From Prolixibacteraceae bacterium (lineage in GTDB: Bacteria > Bacteroidota > Bacteroidia > Bacteroidales > Prolixibacteraceae), in NCBI GenBank assembly GCA_963677955.2, contig CAXXQR010000001.1, positions 5,662,429-5,726,428 of the forward strand: a DNA stretch of 64,000 nt, written 5' to 3'. The translations under genes were made by a program, and so were the position numbers. Positions 1-9,364 of the stretch are shown here, piece after piece (the stretch's first letter is position 1; the number at the start of each line of letters is the position of its first letter). Below the pieces are notes generated by a model. That model was not told where the DNA came from and did not search any database. It worked only from the letters and a program-made list of their open reading frames with translations.

Positions 1-2064
1 GGCACCGTTTATTTTGCGGATGCCGATTTCTTTAGTGCGTTTTTTAGAACTATATGAACTTAACCCAAATAGACCAAGAGAGGATATGAAAATAGCAATA
101 ATTGCCACTATAAAAAAAATGGTTCCTATCCGTTTATCACTTTCATAGAGGTGGGCATAGGTCGCATCCAGAAATTGAAAATCAACAGGGGCATTTGGAT
201 AAATATCTTTAACAATTGTTCGTATTTGACTGGTTAATTGGTCTATTGAAGAGAAATAGTGATTGTTGTATTTTACAAGAACATACGTGGGATTTTCTTT
301 ATGGATATAAAATTCAGGTTGAATACTTTCCTGAACCGATCGGATATGGATATTGTCAATTACACCAATAATATTATACTGTTTACCCCAGAAATGTAAA
401 GTTTTTCCTAATGGGCTTTCATTTCCGATAATTTCTTTAGCCTTCTGATTGATTATAACTGAATTACCCCATTCACTTTTTAAATCATTCGAAAAACTGT
501 GACCCTCGCTAATATTTACTTTCAACAACGAAAAATAATCTTCATCAACCTGGTTTTGGGAAAATGGCTTTCCTTGTTCGTTTGCAAGCCATTGAACATC
601 TGAAGTATTCATTATTGTTGAGGAGAAATAGTTTATTCCTCCAACCATTTCAATACCTGGCATCTTTTTTAATCGTTCTTTCACTGTTTGATAGCCCGAT
701 TTATCTGTTTCCAAACGAAAGTAGATTGTTTGTTCTTTGTCAAATCCCAGGTTTACTTGCCTGATATAGTTGAATTGTTTAAAACTGACCAGTGTGACAA
801 TGATTAAGAAAATTGACAGGAAAAACTGAAATACTACTAAGCCTTTACGTTGCCATTGATTCGTGCCTCCCTTAGAAACTTTTATCATCCCCAGAGGCGA
901 AAAGGAAGCCGTATAAAAAGCAGGATAGAGACCAGACAGGATGCCGGAAAAAAGAACTATTGAAATAAGAAATAGGATATGCGAAGGACTTGTGAAATCA
1001 AACGAAAGAGCTTTATGGGTAAATGTATTGAAATGAGGAAGTATCAGAAATAAAATGCCCAATGATATTCCTGTAGCTATCAAAGAGGCCTGTAATGACT
1101 TAAATAAAGATTTCCTTATCAATACTTTTTTACTGGCGCCTAATATTTTTTGGATTCCATTATTTTTTATATCCTTTTGAGAGACTGCTGTTGACAGGTT
1201 GATGAAATTAATGCAAGCTAAAATAAGGATAAATAAACCCATAAATGAGAATATATAAACATACTTTTTATCACCAATGTTTGTATAATCTTCATCGGCA
1301 AGATGCCTTTGAAAATGAATGTCTTGTATAGGTTGAAGAATCAGTTTTATCTTTTTTATTTCGGGATTATCATTGAAAGAAAGAAAATCAGAGATTTTTG
1401 GAGCCAGGTGCTTTGCTCTTATTTCTGGAACAACCTGTATATAAGTATATAAACTTTGGCTATCCCATCTTGTGCCTACCCCAAACAAATCCTCGGAGAT
1501 TGCCAGGTCAAAAGAGATATGTGAATTGAAATCAATATTTTTGAATATGGCTATTACCTTAACTGCCTTCTTGTCTATTTCTATAAATTTTCCAATAGGG
1601 TCGTCTTCTCCGAAATATTTTTTTGCAATTTTTTCCGACAATACAACTGAGTGTTTATCAGTCTTAATAAGCTGTGGGTTTCCATTTACAAATGGGAAAG
1701 AGAAAATATCGAAAAAATCTTTGCCAACAGCTGCCATTCCGTTTTCATTAAAATAATTCTCTCCTGCTTTTACCACAACAGGCCAATCCATTTCGAAACT
1801 GGCAACTTTTTCAATCTCAGGAATCTTTTCTTTTAAAGCTTTGGCCAGCGGAGCCATCGTCATTGCTGAATATGAATACCCTTGAATGTCGTTTTGGCCT
1901 TCAATAACACGGTATATTCTATCAGCATTTTTATTGAAAGAGTCAAATTTAAGTTCATCTTCAACCCACAACATAATCGTTAAAACGCATACTATTCCTA
2001 CAAAAAGACCAAAGATGTTAATCAAATTGTAATTTTTAAAATTTAGAAATTCAAATGCTTTCAT
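1..2064 (-). CDS. MacB/FtsX-family ABC transporter permease, 3' end runs off the window
   Basis: Absent from the ORF track because it has no stop in the window. Manual translation from ATG at 2064 gives MKAFEFLNFKNYNLINIFGLFVGIVCVLTIMLWVEDELKFDSFNKNADRIYRV... open to ...LFGLSSYSSKKRTKEIGIRKINGA at base 1 (688 codons). Same architecture as the neighbouring permeases. Confidence 0.9.
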   Translation of the reverse strand, partial: MKAFEFLNFKNYNLINIFGLFVGIVCVLTIMLWVEDELKFDSFNKNADRIYRVIEGQNDIQGYSYSAMTMAPLAKALKEKIPEIEKVASFEMDWPVVVKAGENYFNENGMAAVGKDFFDIFSFPFVNGNPQLIKTDKHSVVLSEKIAKKYFGEDDPIGKFIEIDKKAVKVIAIFKNIDFNSHISFDLAISEDLFGVGTRWDSQSLYTYIQVVPEIRAKHLAPKISDFLSFNDNPEIKKIKLILQPIQDIHFQRHLADEDYTNIGDKKYVYIFSFMGLFILILACINFINLSTAVSQKDIKNNGIQKILGASKKVLIRKSLFKSLQASLIATGISLGILFLILPHFNTFTHKALSFDFTSPSHILFLISIVLFSGILSGLYPAFYTASFSPLGMIKVSKGGTNQWQRKGLVVFQFFLSIFLIIVTLVSFKQFNYIRQVNLGFDKEQTIYFRLETDKSGYQTVKERLKKMPGIEMVGGINYFSSTIMNTSDVQWLANEQGKPFSQNQVDEDYFSLLKVNISEGHSFSNDLKSEWGNSVIINQKAKEIIGNESPLGKTLHFWGKQYNIIGVIDNIHIRSVQESIQPEFYIHKENPTYVLVKYNNHYFSSIDQLTSQIRTIVKDIYPNAPVDFQFLDATYAHLYESDKRIGTIFFIVAIIAIFISSLGLFGLSSYSSKKRTKEIGIRKINGA

Positions 2065-2096
2065 GGAATATTCTTTTTTATATATTAATACACGAT

Positions 2097-4457
2097 TTAT
2101 TCATACCTCAGCGCCTCCACCGGGTTCCTCGTAGCCGCCTTCCAACTCTGCCAGCTAACTGTAAGCAAGGCAATTCCCAATGCCAGCAACCCGGCCAGGG
2201 CGAAAATCCACCAACTCAGCGTGGTTTTGTAGGCAAAGTTTTCGAGCCATTTGTTCATGGCGTAGTATGCAACAGGAGTAGCAATTATAAAAGCGATCAC
2301 AACCCACCGTACAAAATCTTTATTGAGCATGGCCATGACTTCGGAGATGGTGGCACCACTAACTTTCCGAACTCCAATTTCCTTGGTTCTGCGTTCCATT
2401 ACAAAAAGCGACAGGCCAAATAATCCCAATATGGCTATCGAAATAGCAAGAATCATAAAATAGCTGAAAATTGTCCTGGTGTATTCCTCGGTGTGGTACA
2501 ACTCCGCAAAACGCTCATCAATAAACTGGTAGCTAAATGGAGAGCCTGAAGCATTATACTTTTGCCAGTTTTCTTCGATAAAAGAAATTGTGCTTTTTAA
2601 GTTTGTTGGAAGTATTCTTACCGAGATTCGGTTATAACTTGATGGATCGCTGTACATGATAATTGGCGAAACCGGGTTGTGTAATGTTTCGTAATGGAAA
2701 TCACCAACCACGCCAACTATTTTGCCTTTTTTGCCACCATATTCCATGAATTGCCCAATGGCATTTTCAGGCGTTCCCCAACCAATTTTCTCAACGGCCG
2801 ACCGGTTAACCAGGTACTCGGCTTCCTCCTTTTTCTGATCATTGATGTTATTTCCGGCGATAAGTTTAATTTCGTAAGTCGGAAGAAAATAGGAATCAAC
2901 CCGGACATTGGCGACCCGAAACCCAAGTGGTTCTATTTTTCCGCTTTGGATAACTTTAGCTTCGTTACTATCGCTCAGTCCTTGCGAAGGAATTCTTTTT
3001 GAACCCGAAACACTAACAATAGTTGGATTGAGCATCAACTCCTGACGAAAGACATCAAGCTTTTCGAATAGAAGCGGCGATGCGCTTAGTGTAATTACAT
3101 TTTCTTTATTCAACCCCAAATCTTTCGTATGGATGTAATTCAGTTGTTTGTTTACCGCCATGAATGACATGATTAGGGTGATTGAAACAAAAAACTGAAA
3201 AACGACAAGCACATTGCGAAAATTCATTTTCCCTGATGTTGGACTAGTAGAAGTATTCAGCGTTGAACTATTACCCGACAACGAAAAAATGACTGGATAC
3301 AAGCCTGATATTACTCCAATAGAAATAGTCAACAGGATGAATACAATAACCAGATCGAGGTTATTCGAAATGGAAAATGAAAGATTTTCGTTGAAAATCT
3401 GATGTAAGTTGGTTATGGTGAACGAAACGATGATTAAGGCCAGTATGAGTGCAATAAAACAGAAGAACACGGATTCGGCAATTAACAATGCGGCAATGCG
3501 TTTGCCCGAAGCCCCAACTATTTTTTTTACCCGGATTTCCTTAATCCGTTTGGAATAAATGGCTGTATTCAGGTTCATGTAATTAATACTTCCCAAAAAC
3601 AAGATCAGGAGAGCAATTGACAAGAGAATATAAATGTAAGAACGGTTTCCGTACCAGTTAAAATGAATATCGGTAAGTTTCTCCATCCTGATTTTAGTCC
3701 ATTTGGTTCCATTTTCAAGTTGTTTATTTATGAACTGGTCAAGCCTGGCATCCAACTCTTTGGGTGGTTGTCGCATTAGGGCAAACGTTTCGTAATTGTT
3801 GCTGCCCCAGTCTTTCATTTCGTTTTCACCAACATACGATACATAAGTTGAAAAGGAGATGAAAACTTCAGGATGAAAATGGCTATTCTTGCCCCAGTTT
3901 TTGAAAACTCCGGTAACTTTTAAATTGTAACTTTTCCCAAAATCGTCGAAGAATTCCATGTTATTTCCAACTGCGTCTTTACCTCCAAAGAATTTTTGAG
4001 CTATATTTTCAGAAATAACAGCGGTGAGCGGTTCGTCTATCAAATTACCATTTTCAGGCAACCCATCAAAAGTGAAAATTTTCAGAATATCAGGTTCTGC
4101 AAAGCAAACATCAGGTTCGACAATTTTTTGATTATTGAGGGCAAAGAGCATTCCAGTATGACTCACCCGGGCTACATTTTCGATTTCTGGTAGCCAGTCT
4201 TTTAACAATGGAGCTATTGGAGGAGCAACTTGTGGTAAATGCAGATTCTCAGTTCCGTTGGCATCGTAAAAATAACGATGGACTCGATAAATATTGTCTG
4301 CGTTTTTATGAAACCGGTCGTAGCTCAGCTCGTTTTTGATCCAAAATGCGATAAAAATGACACACACAAAGCCAACGATTAATCCGGAGATGTTGATGGC
4401 TGTGTATAATGGATTTCGCTTAACCGAACGAACTAAATTTATGATGAACCTTTTCAT
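2097..4457 (-). CDS. MacB/FtsX-family ABC transporter permease (786 aa)
   Basis: N-terminal TM then ELSYDRFHKNADNIYRV; two periplasmic MacB_PCD-like and two FtsX-like halves; RTKEIGVRKVSGA; ends NPVEALRYE. Confidence 0.95.
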   Translation of the reverse strand: MKRFIINLVRSVKRNPLYTAINISGLIVGFVCVIFIAFWIKNELSYDRFHKNADNIYRVHRYFYDANGTENLHLPQVAPPIAPLLKDWLPEIENVARVSHTGMLFALNNQKIVEPDVCFAEPDILKIFTFDGLPENGNLIDEPLTAVISENIAQKFFGGKDAVGNNMEFFDDFGKSYNLKVTGVFKNWGKNSHFHPEVFISFSTYVSYVGENEMKDWGSNNYETFALMRQPPKELDARLDQFINKQLENGTKWTKIRMEKLTDIHFNWYGNRSYIYILLSIALLILFLGSINYMNLNTAIYSKRIKEIRVKKIVGASGKRIAALLIAESVFFCFIALILALIIVSFTITNLHQIFNENLSFSISNNLDLVIVFILLTISIGVISGLYPVIFSLSGNSSTLNTSTSPTSGKMNFRNVLVVFQFFVSITLIMSFMAVNKQLNYIHTKDLGLNKENVITLSASPLLFEKLDVFRQELMLNPTIVSVSGSKRIPSQGLSDSNEAKVIQSGKIEPLGFRVANVRVDSYFLPTYEIKLIAGNNINDQKKEEAEYLVNRSAVEKIGWGTPENAIGQFMEYGGKKGKIVGVVGDFHYETLHNPVSPIIMYSDPSSYNRISVRILPTNLKSTISFIEENWQKYNASGSPFSYQFIDERFAELYHTEEYTRTIFSYFMILAISIAILGLFGLSLFVMERRTKEIGVRKVSGATISEVMAMLNKDFVRWVVIAFIIATPVAYYAMNKWLENFAYKTTLSWWIFALAGLLALGIALLTVSWQSWKAATRNPVEALRYE

Positions 4458-4483
4458 TTTTCAGTAAGTTTATTTGTTTTTGA

Positions 4484-6829
4484 CTATTCATACCTCAACG
4501 CCTCCACCGGATTTCTCGTAGCCGCTTTCCAGCTTTGCCAACTAACCGTCAAAAGCGCAATCCCCAATGCAAGTAGGCCAGCTAGGGCAAAAATCCACCA
4601 GCTGAGTTCGGTTTTGTAAGCAAAGTTTTCGAGCCATTTATTCATCGCGTACCAGGCAATTGGTGTAGCAATTACGAAGGCAATGGCCACCCATTTCACA
4701 AAGTCTCTGTTTAGCATTGTCAGTATCTCCGAAACTTTGGCCCCGTTTACTTTGCGGACACCAATTTCCTTGATTCTTTTATTAATGGTCAGCTTAGCCA
4801 GTGCAAATAAGCCCAAACAGGAAATGAATATGGCAAAGAAGGAGAAGTAACCCAGCAAATGTGAGGCTTTAACTTCGTTAACGTATTGGTTCTGGATTTG
4901 ATTATCGAGAAATTGTATGTCGAAAAACGCGTTTGGAGCAACTTTTAAAATGCTTTTATTAATTGCTCCTATAAGACTGGAGACGCCCTTAAATGTTGAA
5001 GATTTTGTCCTGATCATTAATATGTTGCAATCCTCATTATTATAACGAATGGCCAATGGCTCAACCTCTTTATACAGCGAACCGAAATTGAAATCTTTTA
5101 CAACGCCGATAATTTTATGTCCGCATAAAATACTTTCGTCCAAATTGTTAAGACCATACTTCTTTACAAACGACTCGTTAACCAGGAAACTAAATTGATC
5201 GGCTGGTCGTGCCGGATCAAAATTTCGCCCTTGCAAAATTTGGAGTCCCAGTGTTTTTATATATTCGTCGCTAACACCTGTATAATAAAACCTGATATCT
5301 TTTTCTTCTCCGTTTACACTATATTTTTGTCCCCATTGGGCAAAAGTCTGCCCGGGGATACGGTCGCTGGTACTCACATGTTCAACTTCAGGAATGTTTT
5401 TTAACTGATCCATTATAATTCCTTTCTTGTTTTTCAATTCATCAGTAAGTGGAACAAACAATACCTGAGCTTTATCAAAGCCCAGTTGTCGTGTCTGAAT
5501 AAAGTCCATCTGACGGTTCAGGAAAAGAGTTGATATAATCAATGCTATTGAGATGGTAAACTGAAAAATTACCAGACGGTCTCTCCATTTATCCGAACCG
5601 ATTTGTGAATAGTATTTATTGCGAATAAAGGATGTGAGCGACACACGTGAAAATTTGTAAGCAGGATAAGCCCCTGCAATTAAACCTGTCAACAAACCCA
5701 TTCCAGCCAAAGCGAAATAAAACCAAAGTTGTCTCAACTGAGCCCGCTCCAGAGAATTGCTTAACAAACGGTTGAATTGCGGGAAAAACAGTTCGATAAG
5801 AAAGGCTGCAACTACTGCGGCTGTCAGGCTAATTAATACCGATTCAAACAGATATCCGGCTATTAGTTGAAGCTGGCTTGCCCCTTCAATTTTCCTGATG
5901 CCGTTCCCTTTGAACCGTGAAGATGAAAGGGCAACGTTGAGGTTGATGAAGTTGATGGTAGCGATTAGCAATACAACCAAGGCAACCAGCATAAAAACAT
6001 ACAATTCAGTTTTGCTACCGTGTTTGAAAATGGAATCAAAAGGAGAATCTTGCGAGAAATGAATTTCGGGCAAAGACACGAATGAAAAAGAAGCTGTAAA
6101 ATCAGGAAAATCCTTTTTAACCAAAGAGTTGACTTTTTCGGATAATGTATGAATATCGGAATTTAGAATTATGAAAGTCTGATAAGAACTACTTCCCCAG
6201 TTCTTTTCGTCGAAACCTTGGTAATCGGCCATGCTTAAAATGGGCAAAAGCAAATCGAATTGCATGGATGAATTGGGTGGAGATTTTTTTAAAACCGCAG
6301 TGATTGTGTAAGGTTTTTTTCCGCAGAAAGTTATAGTCCTTCCAATCGGGTCCTCTTTGCCAAAAAGTTTCTGGGCCAGCGACGCTGTTAATACCACCGC
6401 CTTTTTATTGCTAAAACCTCCTGTTTTATCTCCGTATGCGATTGGGAAAGAGAACATCCGAAAGAAAGTAGAATCAACAAAAAGTGGGTTCTTCACTTCT
6501 ACCTTGTTATTATCCGCTGTAACATATTTAATGGCTTCAAACAAAGGGGAAATTCGTGTAGTGAGTTCAACATCCGGGAAATTATCTTTTAGCCACCCCG
6601 CCATTGGAAGAGGGGTAAGCGGAGCCGATTGCGATTGAATATGTTCTTCAATCCGGTAAATGTTTTGAGCGTTTTGATGAAACTTATCGGCCTGAAGTTC
6701 ATTTCGAAGGTAAAAGGCAATAAACATAACCAAAGTGAGGCCAATACTCAATCCAATGAAGTTTATAAACGCAATGAGTTTCTGTTTGCGAAGACCTCTG
6801 AAAATAGATTTAAAAATAATAGTGTTCAT
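4484..6829 (-). CDS. MacB/FtsX-family ABC transporter permease (781 aa)
   Basis: DKFHQNAQNIYRI, VGVVKDFNF-like motif, KEIGVRKVNGA; ends NPVEALRYE. Confidence 0.95.
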   Translation of the reverse strand: MNTIIFKSIFRGLRKQKLIAFINFIGLSIGLTLVMFIAFYLRNELQADKFHQNAQNIYRIEEHIQSQSAPLTPLPMAGWLKDNFPDVELTTRISPLFEAIKYVTADNNKVEVKNPLFVDSTFFRMFSFPIAYGDKTGGFSNKKAVVLTASLAQKLFGKEDPIGRTITFCGKKPYTITAVLKKSPPNSSMQFDLLLPILSMADYQGFDEKNWGSSSYQTFIILNSDIHTLSEKVNSLVKKDFPDFTASFSFVSLPEIHFSQDSPFDSIFKHGSKTELYVFMLVALVVLLIATINFINLNVALSSSRFKGNGIRKIEGASQLQLIAGYLFESVLISLTAAVVAAFLIELFFPQFNRLLSNSLERAQLRQLWFYFALAGMGLLTGLIAGAYPAYKFSRVSLTSFIRNKYYSQIGSDKWRDRLVIFQFTISIALIISTLFLNRQMDFIQTRQLGFDKAQVLFVPLTDELKNKKGIIMDQLKNIPEVEHVSTSDRIPGQTFAQWGQKYSVNGEEKDIRFYYTGVSDEYIKTLGLQILQGRNFDPARPADQFSFLVNESFVKKYGLNNLDESILCGHKIIGVVKDFNFGSLYKEVEPLAIRYNNEDCNILMIRTKSSTFKGVSSLIGAINKSILKVAPNAFFDIQFLDNQIQNQYVNEVKASHLLGYFSFFAIFISCLGLFALAKLTINKRIKEIGVRKVNGAKVSEILTMLNRDFVKWVAIAFVIATPIAWYAMNKWLENFAYKTELSWWIFALAGLLALGIALLTVSWQSWKAATRNPVEALRYE

Positions 6830-6861
6830 CGTTTTCTGCTCGTTTTTCTGATTTGTTTAGG

Positions 6862-9261
6862 TTATTCATACCTCAGCGCCTCCACCGGGTTTCTAGTAGC
6901 TGCTTTCCAACTCTGCCAGCTAACGGTTAGCAGTGCAATTCCCAATGCCATTAATCCGGCAATGACAAAGATCCACCAACTTAGTTCGGTTTTATAGGCA
7001 AAGCTTTCGAGCCACTTGTTCATGGCATAATACGCAACGGGCGTGGCTATTACAAATGCGATGGCTACCCATTTCACAAAGTCGCGGTTGAGCATAACCA
7101 TCATCTCTGAAATTTTTGCTCCGTTTACTTTGCGGATGCCGATTTCTTTCGTTTTTTCATTTGTGATGTTCAACACTGTTCCTAAAAGTCCAAAACAGGA
7201 AATCAGTATGGCGATCAAACTAAATATACCAGTTGAACGTCTGGCTTTTATCTCTTTTTCATATAAAACGGACATCCGGTCGTCGAGAAACGAATAGTTC
7301 ATGTATTCATTTCCCGCTATTTTATTCCATGCTTTGCTGATTTCTGCCAAAAGCATTTTGCGGGTTGGAGCATTCCCTTTTATTTCGATATAACGATAAT
7401 AATCACCTTTGTTTAAAGGTGTCAATAAAAGTGGCTCTACTTTATGATGCAATGAGCGGAAGTTAAAATCATTAACCACTCCGATTACTTTAACTTTTCG
7501 GGTTTTGGACAAATCACTGTAAAACTCTTTGCCGATAGGGTTCGTGAACCCCATTTCCTTAACGGCTGTTTGATTCAAAATGATGGCATCTTTATCGTTT
7601 CCCATTTCATCAGAAAACCATCGGCCATCAGACATCTTATACTTAAACACACCCTGAAATCCAATATCGGTTTGGAAATAAGGAAATGGATATGGCGTTT
7701 GATCCGGTAAATCGACAGGGATGTAACTTCCTGTAGTCATGCCGCTAAAAGGATAGGAATTTGAACAAGCTACTTCCTGAATTAAAGAAGACTTTTTTAG
7801 CTCATTCCTGAACGCTTCATAATGATCCCTGATTTTGTAGGCCTGATTAATAATCACGACATTTTCGGTATCGATACCAAGGTTGAAACCCGATATAAAT
7901 TTTAGTTGTTTGTAAATCCCGGTTATGCAGATAATTAATATGATTGAGGTTGCAATTTGTGCAATTAACATCGCACGGTTTAACCAAAATGTAGAATAGC
8001 CAATTGATTTTACAACGCTTGTTTTTAGCGAAGTCCGGTTAAAATAGAACCCTAAAATTAATCCGCATGAAATCGCGATAAGTCCGGCTAATAAAAACAG
8101 CCCGGCAACAGGAGCAATATAATTTGTCAATGCAATGTTTGACAGTCCAGCTAAACTTGGTAAGTTCAGGTTGAATAGAATAACAGAGATTCCCGAAGCA
8201 AGCAGAAAAGCAAGTAGGGTGTAAACCATGTTCTCAACAATAAATGCCAGGATAATATCCTTTTTGGTACCTCCCAAAAACCGTTTGATATTAAGTTGAG
8301 ACTGGTGCTTTTTCCCCTTCGAAAAAGCAAAACCCATGAGGTTAAAATAAGCAATGAGCAGCAACACCAGCACAATTGCCAAATTAATGTAGATGATAGA
8401 GATATTGCTTTGCTTTTCAAAACTTGATACAAAAGAACCATGCAAATGGATGTCGGGTAACGGAAGTAGTTTGAGTTTCATTGAATTCTCATTGTTAAAC
8501 ACATAATCCAAATTGTAATGTGTCTTGAGCCAGGGAATCCAATAATCCCTAACAAGTTGCTGTACCTTTACCTCAAAAGCTTTCGGGTCGGTTTCATTTT
8601 TGAATTTAATGTAGGTGAGAAATTCAGTACTTTCCCAATCGTACGAATCGTATTGATTTACATAGTCTTTAAGCGGCAATAATGCCATAAATTTCTGGTG
8701 TGAATTAAGTGGGTAATCGTTAAAAATACCTGCGATGGTGTAATTTCTGTCGTTAACTTTTATTATTTCCCCGACAGAATTCAGTTTTCCGAATATTTTT
8801 TCAGAAAGTGATTTTGCAATATAAATCTCTCCGGATTGTGTTAAAAACGAAGCTTTATTCCCTGAAATTAAATCCAGCGAAAACACATCGGTAAAAGAAG
8901 GATCTGTCCACAGAACATCTTCTTTAAAAGCATTTCCATTTTCTTTAGCAATGACTACATCCGAATTGTCTTTCGTTCGCACCATGCTTTCCACTTCTGG
9001 GAACAAATCCTTTAAATATGCCCCAATAGCCAGGGGACATTCGCCATAAATATCTTTTGTCCCCCGGTAAACCTCATCGATATACACATTGTAAATCCTT
9101 TGGGAATCTTTATGAAAACGGTCAAACGACCTTTGGTAGGCCACATCGCATATTAGCAAGATAGCAACACTAAATGCCAGAACCAAACCAGCCATTTTCA
9201 AAATCGACAAGCTTTTGTCATTTTTGATTTTCCGAAATACTATTTTAAAGTTTTTCATCAT
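6862..9261 (-). CDS. MacB/FtsX-family ABC transporter permease (799 aa)
   Basis: SFDRFHKDSQRIYNV, IGVVNDFNF, KEIGIRKVNGA; ends NPVEALRYE. Confidence 0.95.
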   Translation of the reverse strand: MMKNFKIVFRKIKNDKSLSILKMAGLVLAFSVAILLICDVAYQRSFDRFHKDSQRIYNVYIDEVYRGTKDIYGECPLAIGAYLKDLFPEVESMVRTKDNSDVVIAKENGNAFKEDVLWTDPSFTDVFSLDLISGNKASFLTQSGEIYIAKSLSEKIFGKLNSVGEIIKVNDRNYTIAGIFNDYPLNSHQKFMALLPLKDYVNQYDSYDWESTEFLTYIKFKNETDPKAFEVKVQQLVRDYWIPWLKTHYNLDYVFNNENSMKLKLLPLPDIHLHGSFVSSFEKQSNISIIYINLAIVLVLLLIAYFNLMGFAFSKGKKHQSQLNIKRFLGGTKKDIILAFIVENMVYTLLAFLLASGISVILFNLNLPSLAGLSNIALTNYIAPVAGLFLLAGLIAISCGLILGFYFNRTSLKTSVVKSIGYSTFWLNRAMLIAQIATSIILIICITGIYKQLKFISGFNLGIDTENVVIINQAYKIRDHYEAFRNELKKSSLIQEVACSNSYPFSGMTTGSYIPVDLPDQTPYPFPYFQTDIGFQGVFKYKMSDGRWFSDEMGNDKDAIILNQTAVKEMGFTNPIGKEFYSDLSKTRKVKVIGVVNDFNFRSLHHKVEPLLLTPLNKGDYYRYIEIKGNAPTRKMLLAEISKAWNKIAGNEYMNYSFLDDRMSVLYEKEIKARRSTGIFSLIAILISCFGLLGTVLNITNEKTKEIGIRKVNGAKISEMMVMLNRDFVKWVAIAFVIATPVAYYAMNKWLESFAYKTELSWWIFVIAGLMALGIALLTVSWQSWKAATRNPVEALRYE

Positions 9262-9331
9262 TTTAGCCTATGAATATTAGTCACTTATCGTTCCATTTAT
9301 TCTCATAACCTTTAAAATTTTACCGTCACGA

Positions 9332-9364
9332 ATCCCTCCTCTTCGTGGAGGTCCGGAGGGGCTT
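9332..9364. repeat. GC-rich REP-like intergenic element
   Basis: atccctcctcttcgtggaggtccggaggggctt is a self-complementary CCTCC/GGAGG-rich stretch in an otherwise AT-rich spacer between two permease genes. Confidence 0.4.

Noticed and set aside
564-1836. Plus-strand ORFs 564-764, 1472-1756, 1651-1836
   Set aside because: Antisense shadows of the real minus-strand permease (1-2064) that the ORF track missed.
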